Positions 8,919 to 18,788 of a stretch of DNA of 64,000 nt are shown here, piece after piece; position 1 is the stretch's first letter; each line of letters begins with the position of its first letter. This DNA comes from Candidatus Onstottus frigus. Lineage in GTDB: Bacteria > Acidobacteriota > Blastocatellia > UBA7656. The stretch covers positions 74,310 through 138,309 of the forward strand of contig JBBPIG010000007.1 in assembly GCA_038040445.1 (NCBI GenBank), in the 5' to 3' direction. The translations under genes and the position numbers were made by a program. The notes beneath the pieces were generated by a model. The model was not told the DNA's origin, ran no database searches, and was given only the letters and a program-made list of their open reading frames with translations.

Positions 8919-9992
8919 TCACCTGGCTATTCGAAGCATCACCTTCACCAGCACAGGGGTGCTGGGCGTGGCGTTCAAACGCAAGATCGTTTGAGGAAGC
9001 GGATCCCCTTGGGTCAGCATCCGCGAGCCGTCTCCGCCTGCCGACTTTTCTGCTTTGGTGTATGGCAGGCCCGCGCCGCCCTCAAGCTCGAATTGCTCGG
9101 CGCGCCCACCCCACTCCTTCTCCCACTGAGCCAGCTTCGCGGACGGCACGTTGACGGGCTCCGAACTGATGGGCAGGGCAGCGAGCGGTTGAGGTGCCAC
9201 GATCAAGATCAGCACTTCTCCACTATGCTCCGGGCGGCTGCGCGTCAGGGTGAAGTATGGCGGGTTGTCTTCCTGAGCCGGAAACTCGATGACCCGTCCC
9301 CCGACCACCGAGTTGTTTCCGCCGCGCGTGCGCGAGGTAGGGAAGATCAAATACGCGTCGCCAAGGCTGCCGTCGGCGTATTGCTCTCGATCGATGACGT
9401 AGAGATATCCTGTGCTCGGAGACTCGATGCTGACGCGAACACGCTCGCCTTCGCTGACGCGCGTATCGGCTTCGATTCGCTCGGCTGTCCATTCGGCGGT
9501 CTTTGATGCCTGGTGCTCGAGAATCCTTGCGTCTTTGTTGTCGGCAGGCCGCACCGGGCGCAAGCGCCACAGCGTTACGCCGATGACTGCTTCCGATGCC
9601 GACGCCGATTTGCGCAGCTCGGAAGATGAGGCCGAGCCGGTAACCGAGCGATAGGTTCGCGGTTGTTGAGGATCACGTGGCGTAGTGGATGCAGGCCGGC
9701 TCTCTTCGAGTTTCTTGACGTGCAGCCCCCGCGTCTGGTCCTGCTGTTGGGCGGAGGAATTGCGGGCGAGCAGGATCACTGCGCAGATGATGATCGCTGC
9801 CGTAGCTCGAGATGCCAGCCGGCGGCGCGCGAGGGAAGCCGCCAAAGATTCGTGATGAGCGCCGCGGTCCGCGTCACGGTCTCCTAACGATAGACCACGG
9901 CCCCGCCACGCGTGGGCCGCGTAGCGGTTACCAGGATTCCTGCTGAACATCTTCGATGAGAGCGAAGATGTACGCCGGGTCATATTCCACAT
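8919..9992 (-). CDS. DUF4384-domain protein (secreted/anchored), downstream partner of the caspase-WD40 gene
   Basis: 'GERVRVSIESPSTGYLYVIDREQYADGSLGDAYLIFP' matches the DUF4384 core (GYLYV...LFP). Hydrophobic anchor 'AAIIICAVILLA'. The start may be the ATG at 9950 instead. Confidence 0.5.
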   Translation of the reverse strand: MWNMTRRTSSLSSKMFSRNPGNRYAAHAWRGRGLSLGDRDADRGAHHESLAASLARRRLASRATAAIIICAVILLARNSSAQQQDQTRGLHVKKLEESRPASTTPRDPQQPRTYRSVTGSASSSELRKSASASEAVIGVTLWRLRPVRPADNKDARILEHQASKTAEWTAERIEADTRVSEGERVRVSIESPSTGYLYVIDREQYADGSLGDAYLIFPTSRTRGGNNSVVGGRVIEFPAQEDNPPYFTLTRSRPEHSGEVLILIVAPQPLAALPISSEPVNVPSAKLAQWEKEWGGRAEQFELEGGAGLPYTKAEKSAGGDGSRMLTQGDPLPQTILRLNATPSTPVLVKVMLRIAR

Positions 9993-10052
9993 CGAATCTC
10001 CTCAAGAGGGCCAGGTGTTTATCTCTAAGCAAGACGGCTGTAACTCCATAGA

Positions 10053-13000
10053 CTACGGCTTGGCGACGATCATCTGCTGAGTTTCCCGCTCGCGGCGATA
10101 GAAGACCCGTGGACGTTGCACGCTTCGTTTGTCCACGTCCTCCACCTTTTCCTCGCCTTCCACAAAAGCGACCTTGTGTTTGAGCCCTCGCCCTTCCTTC
10201 ATCTTCGCCTCTTGCATTCGAGGCACCCGATCGGTCGCATAATCGAGCCATTCGCGCAGCATCACCTGGCCGTCTTTGGGCTCACCGTCGGCGGCCGCGG
10301 ACTTCAGTCCTTCTTCAACCAGCGCGTAAGTCAAATATCCGTGCCCAAGTTGCTCGGCTTCCATCGCCGCCTGATAGCTCTGCGCCGCTGTCAGAATGTA
10401 CATACCCTTTTCATAAGCAAGCTGCGCCAGCCCCTTCGAATTCATTGGCCCGCGACGTTTCTCTTCGGCTTCAAGCGCCTGCCCGCTGTTGCACGCGTCA
10501 ATCACCATCAGCAGGTTCCCGGCGTCGATGCCTTCGCAAGCCTGCTCGAGCTCGAGATCCGAAACGCTGTGCGAGAGGATCGTCTTCAACCCCGCTTCGT
10601 CGATCTCGGTGCGCGCGCCCGCGTATCCGAGATCGTGAGGGATCAAGTAGAAGCGTTGCTCCTGCGCGGTGCCATGCCCGGCATAGAAAACAACCACCGC
10701 GTCTTCCGGCTCCGCGGCTTTGATTTTTTCAAGGGCTGCCGGAGCGCCCGACGGCGGTTTCGCATCCGGCGAGCCCGCAAGACGTTTCAGTGCGTACAAC
10801 AGGTTCGCTTTCGTCGCGTCGCGATCGAGCAACGTTGTGACTTCAATCTGTCCATAGCCGCCAAGCTTCCGTTGCTGGCGTTCGACCTCTTCGGTGAATG
10901 CGCGCGCGTCGGCCGCCGCGTACTTGAGGTTGTAGTCGGAGTTCGCGTATTGATTAACACCCACGGCAAGAACGTGAAGCGTCGACGCGCGCCTCAGCGA
11001 GTCGGCTCCGTTGACGGCAAGCGCCGCGTCCGGGCTTTTCACGTTGTCTCGGTTGAAGGCATATGCCGTTAGCTGATTCGGTCCGGCAACGACGCTGATG
11101 GTTGTCTCGAGGGTAGCATTCGGCTGGCCCTTGAGCACGTCGCCGCGCCAGAGCTTGACCAGCGAGCCGTTGCGGAAGAGACGCACATCCCGCGCGCCCG
11201 CTGGAGCTTCGCCGACATCGATCTTTATCTTCAGAGTCCGCGTCGAAACACTCGCGGCGTTTTGCGGATCGGCGAGCGCGAGACTCAACTTTGGTTGGCG
11301 GCGATCCTTTTGCGAGATGTCCGCGGCGGCCGCGATCTTCTTGCCGGCCAGAATGTCCGGCAGCAGCCCCGGGTAGTAATACTCGGTGAAGAAAATCTCG
11401 ACAGGTGAAACGTCGAACGTGTTAGGTGAGAACCGCCAGAGGATCTGATTCCAGCCGCCGGGTGAGCCATCGAACAATCCATCGGGTGTTACGACTAACC
11501 AGTCATCGCCTTTGTTCAAGCTGACCATCGTGGCGACAAGCGCTCCCGTTTGCGTGTTCCACAATCGCGCGCTGCCGTCGTCGCTCCCTGAAACCACAAA
11601 GCGGCCATCGCTGCTGAAGTCGACCGCCACGATCGAGCCGCCGTGCCCCGCGAGCGTGCGAAGCTCGCGGCCCGAGGACAGGTCCCACAGCTTGATAGTG
11701 CTGTCGAAACCTCCGGAGGCGAGCATACGGCCGTCAGGGCTGAACGCGAGACCGTTGACGAAATTGTTGTGCCCTGCAAGCGAGTTCAGCTCGCTTCCTG
11801 TTTGCGTGTCCCATACTTTGATCGAGAACGTCAGGTCGTCAAAGGAAAATGTGTCCGCGGCATTGGCGGCGGCAAGATTCCGTTTGGAGCCCGAGTGCGC
11901 CGAAGCGAGTCTCCGGCCGTCGGCGCTCCACGCGAGGCTGAAAACCATCATCGAGAACGTTGACTTGAGAGTGCGCAGCTCCTGCCCGGTGCTCACCTCG
12001 CGGAGCGTGATCGGCGAGTCGAATCCCGACGCTGAAGCAACGATGCGTCCGTCCGGACTGAAGGACAATATCGAACCCGAAATGGCCTCAAACCCGCCCA
12101 TCATCTGGTTTAATAAGCCCGACCGAGCAAGAGGAATCGCTTGCAGTTGCCGGCCTGTTGCCACATCGAGAAGGCGAAGATTGGTCGAGCTCTTATTGGC
12201 AGCTTTTGTTATCGGCGCGGTCACTCCCAGTGAGTCCAACACCGACATGCTGGCGCTCATATCGCCTTTCTTCATGGCCTCTTCGGCCTTCTTCATCATC
12301 TCCTGCATTTTCTTCGGGTCCTTCTGCATCTGCTCCATGATCTTGCTCATATCAGGCATTACGATGGGCTGAGCAGGCATATTGACCGGCGCTTGCGGGG
12401 ATGATTGCTGCGAAGCTTGAGGACCCGGTGCTCCGGGCTTCTGAATATCTCTCTCGACGAGAGCTACAACGCTCCCGTCTCTATTGAAGGCGGCATTTCC
12501 CAATTGTTTGCCTTGAGTCAATGACACGTTTGGCAACTCGCGGCCTGTTGCCACCTCCCAGACTTTTGCGAGCGGCTGGCTGCTGCTGCCGGCAATCACG
12601 AATTTCCCATCGCGGCTCAACAAGCAGCCTCGTTCCTGCATACCAGTCTGTCTGTGCCGAGCGTAATCATCGGGCAGAGCGACGGCGCGCCGCACTCCGC
12701 CTGTAGTCAATTCCCAGGAGCTGACTGCCTGGTGCCCTGCAAGAGAAAGCGACTTCCCATCAGGAGAGAAGGCGAGATCGCTGACCGGCATGGCCGAGCC
12801 GCTCAGCGTTCTTACTTCGCGGCCGGTCGCCGCGTCCCAGAGCTTGATCTGATTGTCGGTGCCCGAAGAAGCGATGAGCTTGCTGTCGGCGCTGAACCCG
12901 ACGCTGATGATCGTGCCGCTGTGCCCGGCAAGCGTATGCAACGTAGCACCGGAAGAAGCATCGACAAGATTGATCTTGTTGCTCTCGCTGACTACCGAAA

Positions 13001-14018
13001 GCGAGTGGCGGTCGGGACTGAAGAGAAACTTGCCGGCGAACATGATCATTGAGGAATCAGACTGGTTGGCTAACATTTTTGGAGCGGCAAAGCTCTTCAG
13101 CTCGCGCCCGGCGGCGACATCCCAGATTTTCATCGAGGCTTCGTCGCGAATCGCCAGCCACGCGCCGTCGCTGCTGAAGGCAAGGGTCGCCGAAGAGCCA
13201 GGGGATACGCCGAATTGCGTCGGGCCTGACGAGACCTTCAACGTCTGCGCTTTTCGTCCGCTCGCAACTTCCCGGAGTGTAATCTGTAGCGTTGTTTCGG
13301 CGGCGCCTTTACGCGAGACCTTCATGGTTTCGGACAGCACCGCCAACAAGCTCCCGTTAGGACTCAGCGCAATCCCATTCTGCGCCTCGATGCGGTCCTC
13401 CTTGTCGAAGGTGACCGGTTGCAGTTCCCGGCCGGCGGTAGTATCCCAGAGCCGCACCGCCGAACCGTCCGGGTTCGCTGCGGCCAGGATACGCCCATCT
13501 TCACTAAGGAGAGCCGCGAAGAAATCTTTGGCCGTCGGTATGTTCGTGCTGGCTAGCTCGCGGCCTGTCTCGACCTCCCATCGCCTGACTTTGCCGTCAG
13601 CAATCGCGGTCAGCGTGCGCCCGTCTACGCTGAACTTGAAAGGCCGCGTCAATGAGTTGGCGCCCATGGATGGAATGCCGCTGTCGAGGTGGCGCAACAA
13701 CCGGCCTGAAGCGACCTCCCACAACTTGATCGCATTGCCGATCATTCCCATCGAGGCGAGCAATCGGCCATCGGGACTGAAACTGAGTTGAGTTTGCGGA
13801 GACGTGATCCCCGCCTGTAGCAAGATCTCCGGTTTGCCCGCGCCCGATTTTGTTTGATTCGGCGTGGCATTTGCCGGGTTCGGACGAACGCCGAGGCCTC
13901 GGTCGTCTTTGGGCTTCGACTCCTGGGAGGCTGAGAGAGTCAAAGCGGCGATCGAATTGATTACCAGAAGAGCAAGCATCGGCAAGCTCAAGAAACGAGA
14001 TCGAGCGAGATGAATCAT
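10053..14018 (-). CDS. Secreted WD40-repeat protein with C-terminal caspase (peptidase C14) domain
   Basis: Signal peptide. At least 12 WD40 blades ('IKLWEVASGR', 'IKLWDAATGREVRTL', 'TIKLWDLSSGRELRTL', etc.). C-terminal caspase His/Cys dyad motifs 'VVFYAGHG' and 'MVIDACNSG'. Low-complexity P/Q/M/K-rich linker mid-protein. Confidence 0.85.
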   Translation of the reverse strand: MIHLARSRFLSLPMLALLVINSIAALTLSASQESKPKDDRGLGVRPNPANATPNQTKSGAGKPEILLQAGITSPQTQLSFSPDGRLLASMGMIGNAIKLWEVASGRLLRHLDSGIPSMGANSLTRPFKFSVDGRTLTAIADGKVRRWEVETGRELASTNIPTAKDFFAALLSEDGRILAAANPDGSAVRLWDTTAGRELQPVTFDKEDRIEAQNGIALSPNGSLLAVLSETMKVSRKGAAETTLQITLREVASGRKAQTLKVSSGPTQFGVSPGSSATLAFSSDGAWLAIRDEASMKIWDVAAGRELKSFAAPKMLANQSDSSMIMFAGKFLFSPDRHSLSVVSESNKINLVDASSGATLHTLAGHSGTIISVGFSADSKLIASSGTDNQIKLWDAATGREVRTLSGSAMPVSDLAFSPDGKSLSLAGHQAVSSWELTTGGVRRAVALPDDYARHRQTGMQERGCLLSRDGKFVIAGSSSQPLAKVWEVATGRELPNVSLTQGKQLGNAAFNRDGSVVALVERDIQKPGAPGPQASQQSSPQAPVNMPAQPIVMPDMSKIMEQMQKDPKKMQEMMKKAEEAMKKGDMSASMSVLDSLGVTAPITKAANKSSTNLRLLDVATGRQLQAIPLARSGLLNQMMGGFEAISGSILSFSPDGRIVASASGFDSPITLREVSTGQELRTLKSTFSMMVFSLAWSADGRRLASAHSGSKRNLAAANAADTFSFDDLTFSIKVWDTQTGSELNSLAGHNNFVNGLAFSPDGRMLASGGFDSTIKLWDLSSGRELRTLAGHGGSIVAVDFSSDGRFVVSGSDDGSARLWNTQTGALVATMVSLNKGDDWLVVTPDGLFDGSPGGWNQILWRFSPNTFDVSPVEIFFTEYYYPGLLPDILAGKKIAAAADISQKDRRQPKLSLALADPQNAASVSTRTLKIKIDVGEAPAGARDVRLFRNGSLVKLWRGDVLKGQPNATLETTISVVAGPNQLTAYAFNRDNVKSPDAALAVNGADSLRRASTLHVLAVGVNQYANSDYNLKYAAADARAFTEEVERQQRKLGGYGQIEVTTLLDRDATKANLLYALKRLAGSPDAKPPSGAPAALEKIKAAEPEDAVVVFYAGHGTAQEQRFYLIPHDLGYAGARTEIDEAGLKTILSHSVSDLELEQACEGIDAGNLLMVIDACNSGQALEAEEKRRGPMNSKGLAQLAYEKGMYILTAAQSYQAAMEAEQLGHGYLTYALVEEGLKSAAADGEPKDGQVMLREWLDYATDRVPRMQEAKMKEGRGLKHKVAFVEGEEKVEDVDKRSVQRPRVFYRRERETQQMIVAKP

Positions 14019-14189
14019 TACAGACCTCTTCCTTCACCGCTTACCCACGCAGGCGGCTACCAATGATCGTATGTGGATAACGATCTTAGCGGATGCCGAG
14101 TTATAAAGGACAGCGAGTTGTCTCCATCGGTGCGGGTCAGACTCTCGCGCATACGGGCACTCGCTAAGCGGTTGGTCCGTGACGCTAAA

Positions 14190-14250
14190 TACCCCCAACT
14201 GAAGTTGGGGGTATTTTAGGGTTTCTCACACAGTCTCTTCAGTTGGGGTT
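14190..14250. repeat. REP-like palindrome 'aatacccccaactgaagttgggggtatt' plus a partial second copy
   Basis: Same palindrome core as at 8749 and 8876; sits upstream of the caspase-WD40 gene start. Confidence 0.6.
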
Positions 14251-14555
14251 TTCCGTCTTTCACTTTCGTGGCTCGTATGGGTCCTCGCGGCACGCGGCCT
14301 TCCGATGCGGATTATCGAGATGGCAAGCCAGCGCCCGCCGGAGATAAGCCGCGTAGATGGACGGGCGCTCTATGCAAACAAAGGGTAGGATCCTCCTGCG
14401 CCGCATAGGACGGAGTTTGCAAAGAGGGAACAATCAGACCGATGCCGAAACAAAGCCTGTAGCAAAAACGGCAAGCCACTTAGATAACTTACGAGGCACG
14501 TCAGAGCCGTCTGTTGGGCAAGCTGTTTGATTGGCCAATCAGTCCTCCAAACCGA

Positions 14556-16937
14556 TCACGTGCCTATCGCTTGCTCAGCCGCTTGCTCTCGAATGATTAC
14601 GTCTTGTTCGCTCGTTTGCGGACGCGTGATCAGAAACATCGCGACAAGATACAATCCCGCGCCGATCATCAACGCTTGATTGAAGCCGGAGAGTATCGCG
14701 ATCACCAGCGCCGCGACTGACCCCATCACCGAGGTCGCCCCGTTCACACCCCACGCCCACGGAATAATCTCGGGCGCGTTTCGAGCCAGGATGCGTATCC
14801 CGATCGGCATCGGCATCCCCATAACCAGAGCGAGCGGCGCCATCAACACAACGGCTATCACGATTCGAAACTCGCGCGCGAGATGGACCAGTCCATAGAA
14901 GATCGGTGGAAGCGCCACGATGTAGATGAACACCAGCGCCACAACTACCATTAGCAATTTCATCAGGGCCGCGGTCAGCCGCTCTTCGCCTATTCGTCCG
15001 CTCAGGTAGCTGCCCAGCGCGCTGAACGCCAGCACCGAGAACAGCACCACCGCCAGCGAGTAAACCGGATGTCCCAGGAAGAGGATGAACTTCTGAATCA
15101 TCGCGACCTCGACGATGATAAAGCCCGCGCCCAAACAAGCGAAGTATAAAAGGTACGAAAGTTTCGTTCTCAAGCCCGTCGCAAGCGCGCGGCCTCGAAT
15201 CAGCACCAGCGGCCCGATGATGAACAGCAGCACCAGCACGCTTGTGATGGCGAACAGCGCAAACAGAATCGAAGTGCCCAGATTGGTCTTTTGCCACTCG
15301 CCCGTTGTTCCCTCGATCACGCTCCAGATGTTCGAGAGGCGAACCGAGTTGAAGAAGAACGGATTGTTGTCGCGCGTGGGCTCGACGTTTGTTTCGAGGC
15401 TTGCCCAAAGCGCGGCGGGATCCGGCGCCTCGATCATTTGCGTGAAGACGTTCGGCGGGCGAGAGAGAGGACTGAACAACAATTGGAAACCGCTGGTCTG
15501 CGCCAGGGCCTCGATGTCTCGAACTTCGTCGTCGGTGAACTCGCTGCGCTTGAAGATGTAGGTCGCCGGTGTGCGGTCGTAACCGGATCTCGCGTCGCGC
15601 ACCAGCATTATGTGCCGAGCCGGGTTCGAGATTCCAAGCTCGTCCATCATCGCGCGGGTGAGCGTGATCAATCGCAGCAATTGATCGGGCGGCTCGAAGT
15701 ACCACCGCGTCATCGTCAGCACGCCGTCGTCGGTCAGATGGGTGACGTAGTCCTTAAAGGCTTCGACGGTGTACAGATTGTTTTCGCTGAGCGAGAACGC
15801 GCCCGCCGCAGTGGCCGCCCAGGTGTCCACCATCGTAGCTTGAATGATGTCGTAGCGATCGGGCGAGTTTCTAATAAAGCTGCGGCCTTCATCGACGACC
15901 AGGCTGACGTCGGGCTGCTGATAGATCGAACCGGAATAACTCTTGAACGGCTCGGACGACATGACATCGTGAGCGATTATCGGGTTTATCTCCACCGCGG
16001 TGATGTGCTTCTGCTCGAGGACCCGCGCGGCCATCACGTCGTTGCCTCCGCCCGGACCTATTATGAGCACGTTTGCGTTGCGCTTCAGGTGGTGCGCCAA
16101 CGCGCTGAGCGAGTCTCGCGCATCCTGGTGAATCGCTGAGTTGCTCGCGTCTTTGCTGATGCCGGTCGCAGCGTCCGCGTCGATCTTGATTTCGACTCCG
16201 GTATCGAAGTCGCCTTCGACCGTGATTCGCGAAAACGAGTTCCACTTTGCAAACAGCACGCTGGTCTCCTCGAAGCCCTTCGATTTGCGAATGTCGATTC
16301 GACGAGTCGCGCTGTTGTAGACGACAAGCCCGGTCAAACCTACGGCAAGCAGAAGCGAGCAGACCGCCACCGCTCGGCTGCCGCCGGTCGAAGCGCCGAA
16401 CATCACTCCGGCAATTGCGGCGAGCGCCGAGACCAACAGGACTATGTTGATCGCCCCCATCGTGTTGAGCACCGGTATCAACAGCAAACACCCGAGCGCC
16501 GCCCCCGCCAGATCGAACAGATAGAGCTTGCTGATCTCCTTCGCAAGCCGCGTAATCGCAAGCGTCACCGCGCACCCGGCAAAGAAGAACGGCAACGCCG
16601 CCGCGCCGTAGATTCTCGCGAGTCGATAGTAGTTCTCCGGGCCGGTTTCAAACGTCAGCGGATTGGCCAGTATTACGTAAAGCGAAAACAGATTGCTGAG
16701 GGCGAAGAGCATCGCCGCGGCGCTCAGCCACTGACCGGTGCGTTCCGGTTTCAACCCGCGTTGAATGATGTAGACGAACACGCCGCTCGCGCCCGAGCCG
16801 AATAACGCAAGCGAGATCGCCATGAACGCGAAGTGATAGTACATCGTCGCGGAAAAGAGGCGAGTGAGTGAGAGTTCGAGCATCAACACCGAAAGCGTGA
16901 TCAACGATATGCCCAGAAAGATTCGTCTGCGATTCAT
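14556..16937 (-). CDS. Membrane-embedded spermidine-synthase-like protein (polyamine aminopropyltransferase fold fused to N- and C-terminal multi-TM domains)
   Basis: 'NVLIIGPGGGNDVMAARVLEQKHITAVEINP...DRYDIIQATMVDTW...LTDDGVL' is the SpeE-type Rossmann motif set, flanked by ~7 N-terminal and ~6 C-terminal TM helices. Confidence 0.75.
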   Translation of the reverse strand: MNRRRIFLGISLITLSVLMLELSLTRLFSATMYYHFAFMAISLALFGSGASGVFVYIIQRGLKPERTGQWLSAAAMLFALSNLFSLYVILANPLTFETGPENYYRLARIYGAAALPFFFAGCAVTLAITRLAKEISKLYLFDLAGAALGCLLLIPVLNTMGAINIVLLVSALAAIAGVMFGASTGGSRAVAVCSLLLAVGLTGLVVYNSATRRIDIRKSKGFEETSVLFAKWNSFSRITVEGDFDTGVEIKIDADAATGISKDASNSAIHQDARDSLSALAHHLKRNANVLIIGPGGGNDVMAARVLEQKHITAVEINPIIAHDVMSSEPFKSYSGSIYQQPDVSLVVDEGRSFIRNSPDRYDIIQATMVDTWAATAAGAFSLSENNLYTVEAFKDYVTHLTDDGVLTMTRWYFEPPDQLLRLITLTRAMMDELGISNPARHIMLVRDARSGYDRTPATYIFKRSEFTDDEVRDIEALAQTSGFQLLFSPLSRPPNVFTQMIEAPDPAALWASLETNVEPTRDNNPFFFNSVRLSNIWSVIEGTTGEWQKTNLGTSILFALFAITSVLVLLFIIGPLVLIRGRALATGLRTKLSYLLYFACLGAGFIIVEVAMIQKFILFLGHPVYSLAVVLFSVLAFSALGSYLSGRIGEERLTAALMKLLMVVVALVFIYIVALPPIFYGLVHLAREFRIVIAVVLMAPLALVMGMPMPIGIRILARNAPEIIPWAWGVNGATSVMGSVAALVIAILSGFNQALMIGAGLYLVAMFLITRPQTSEQDVIIREQAAEQAIGT

Positions 16938-16961
16938 TCAATGTCTCCGGTGATTGACGTA

Positions 16962-17044
16962 ATTGCCGATTGCCGATTGCCAATTGCCGATTTCGGATTG
17001 CAGATCGCTGGTTCCTTCAATCGGCAATCGGCAATCGGCAATTA
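16962..17044. repeat. Long hairpin built from inverted arrays of the heptamer ATTGCCG
   Basis: Left arm 'attgccgattgccgattgccaattgccgatt' (16962-16992) is the reverse complement of right arm 'caatcggcaatcggcaatcggcaatt' (17019-17044). The right arm overlaps the glycosyltransferase stop codon. Confidence 0.65.
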
Positions 17045-18235
17045 TGTCTTCGGTTCCAACAGCGCGGCGATAGCCTCGCTCACTTCCTCTGCTCGAGCGT
17101 CCCAGGTTGACTCTTTCACTGCTTGTTGACGGGCATCGCGCTTCAATTCCGAATCGTTGGTAAGCGCGTCTTCAACCTTCGCGATGAAGTCATCGTAGCC
17201 GCGAGAAACGCGCAGTATACCATCCAACGATTCGTATTCGTAAATCGGGGTGATCACCACCGGCTTACCGGTCGCCAGGTACTCGCGCACCTTGATCGGG
17301 CTGCCGTAGTTCACGAACTCATTGTCCGTAACCCACGCCAGCACGCACACGTCGAAAGCCGCGGCATAGCAAGGCATTGATGAATACGGCCTCGAGCCCA
17401 GGTAGTGAACGTTTGTGAGTGACTCGATGTCGAGCGGCGAAGCCCGCAAGCCAATCAGCACCCAGTGCCAATCCGGGCGCTTGCGGCTGACGTAGCGGAT
17501 GAGCTCCTGATCTATCAGCCACGGATCAATCGCGCCAAAATAACCAAGGCGAGGGCGAGGCACGTCAGCTATGTCGCCGGGCTCGGTCCAATCTCGAGCC
17601 GTCGCCGATGCGAAGTGATCGTAGTCGGCTGCCTGCTCGAGCAGCCTGGCTTTTTTGGCAATCTCAGGAAACCGCGCGCGTTCTTCTTCGAACAGCTTCC
17701 GGCCCGAGTAGTAAACGAGATCGGCCCGGGCCAGCAGATCGCCGTGCATCTCGGCGATCACGCCGGAAGAGGTCGCGTGGTCCATTTGATTTGCGTCGTA
17801 CTTGTCCGAGACTTGATAGATCAACGCCTGCTCGCCGATTCGGCCAACAACTTCGCGAGCAGTCGGAATTGCTATCCAAAGAATCGGGTCGCGCATATCG
17901 AATGCGATCATCAGCAGCTTGATCTGGGCTACCAGCAACCATCGATTGATCGTTCGCGCCAAGCGATTCGAATAGAATGGAAGCAGCGGAGGCGAGACGA
18001 CGATCAGGCCTTCTTCGGTGACTCGCACCGGTTTGGCGTAGCTGCGCAGCTTTCGTTTGATCTTGCTGAACAAGTCGGGACTCCCAAGCGAAGGCAATCC
18101 CATGGAAATCGAATTCACAAAGACGACGCGATTCCCGGCGCGCGCCAGTCTACGCATGATGTGATTCTTGGAGTGCTGATGGTGATACCACCAGTCTTCG
18201 CCGGCGAAGCAGATTATCGATTGGTTTCGAATCAT
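17042..18235 (-). CDS. Glycosyltransferase, family 1 (GT4-like)
   Basis: 397 aa; C-terminal 'E.FG....EA.A.G.PVV' type motif ('KVREYLATGKPVVITPIYEYESLDGIL') and overall GT-B pattern. Confidence 0.7.
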   Translation of the reverse strand: MIRNQSIICFAGEDWWYHHQHSKNHIMRRLARAGNRVVFVNSISMGLPSLGSPDLFSKIKRKLRSYAKPVRVTEEGLIVVSPPLLPFYSNRLARTINRWLLVAQIKLLMIAFDMRDPILWIAIPTAREVVGRIGEQALIYQVSDKYDANQMDHATSSGVIAEMHGDLLARADLVYYSGRKLFEEERARFPEIAKKARLLEQAADYDHFASATARDWTEPGDIADVPRPRLGYFGAIDPWLIDQELIRYVSRKRPDWHWVLIGLRASPLDIESLTNVHYLGSRPYSSMPCYAAAFDVCVLAWVTDNEFVNYGSPIKVREYLATGKPVVITPIYEYESLDGILRVSRGYDDFIAKVEDALTNDSELKRDARQQAVKESTWDARAEEVSEAIAALLEPKT

Positions 18236-18323
18236 TCTGGGGCGAGAAGCGTCGAGCGAATTCGGGAAGCATCAGTTCCGCGAAGTGCAAGCTACAAAGA
18301 GACTCATGCCAAGCGGTCATGAG

Positions 18324-18557
18324 TTACGCGTACATGAGCCGGCCCTTGGGCTCAGGAATCGGCCGGCCGAGTTCCTTTGCGGTTTCGATCCACTCATCGA
18401 TGATGATTTGAATGTTCGCGAGAGCCACGCTGTACGTTGCGCCGTCTGCCGCACAGCCCGCTAACTCAGGGGCCTCTGCGATGAAAGCACTATCTTCTTC
18501 GCTCCAGTAGATGATGACCTCGTATTTGGAATCCCTATTCATCGTCTCGTCCTCCAA
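18324..18557 (-). CDS. HicB-family (UPF0150) antitoxin-like protein
   Basis: 'YEVIIYWSEEDSAFIAEAPELAGCAADGATYSVALANIQIIIDEWIE' matches the HicB/UPF0150 fold pattern (Y.v.ie...dg.y.a..Pdl.GC...G.T.eEAl.N..eai). Confidence 0.55.
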   Translation of the reverse strand: MEDETMNRDSKYEVIIYWSEEDSAFIAEAPELAGCAADGATYSVALANIQIIIDEWIETAKELGRPIPEPKGRLMYA

Positions 18558-18584
18558 GCTTATACTCTAGCTCCAGTACAGGTA

Positions 18585-18776
18585 TCAACGTCGCACTCGG
18601 TTTAGCGCGCTGCATGATTCACACTCTACAACCATTGCGTTGGCCTCGGGCTCATAGAAAATCGTGCACGCATCTTCGCCGCAGTTGCCGCACGTCCATC
18701 GCACGGCGGGTAGCTCACCGTGAATCATCTTGATCACTTCGCCTTCGACCTCGAAATCGTAGCTGTGATCTTCCAT
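18585..18776 (-). CDS. Small zinc-ribbon protein (CxxC...CxxC)
   Basis: 63 aa with 'CGNCGEDAC...CESCSALNR'. Confidence 0.4.
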   Translation of the reverse strand: MEDHSYDFEVEGEVIKMIHGELPAVRWTCGNCGEDACTIFYEPEANAMVVECESCSALNRVRR

Positions 18777-18788
18777 ATCATCATCAAT

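Noticed and set aside
10116-13791. Several long plus-strand ORFs (10116-11072, 11512-12372, 12853-13791) opposite the WD40-caspase gene
   Set aside because: They are antisense to a gene with unmistakable WD40 and caspase motifs. The translations are low-complexity (S/R/A/P-rich) with no domain signatures.
14575-15705. 376-aa ORF (and other 200-300-aa ORFs at 15291-16139 and 15889-16575) inside or antisense to the membrane spermidine-synthase-like gene
   Set aside because: Alternate-frame or antisense ORFs with Arg/Gly/Ala-rich, motif-free translations are typical of high-GC DNA. The 793-aa frame has clear domain signatures.
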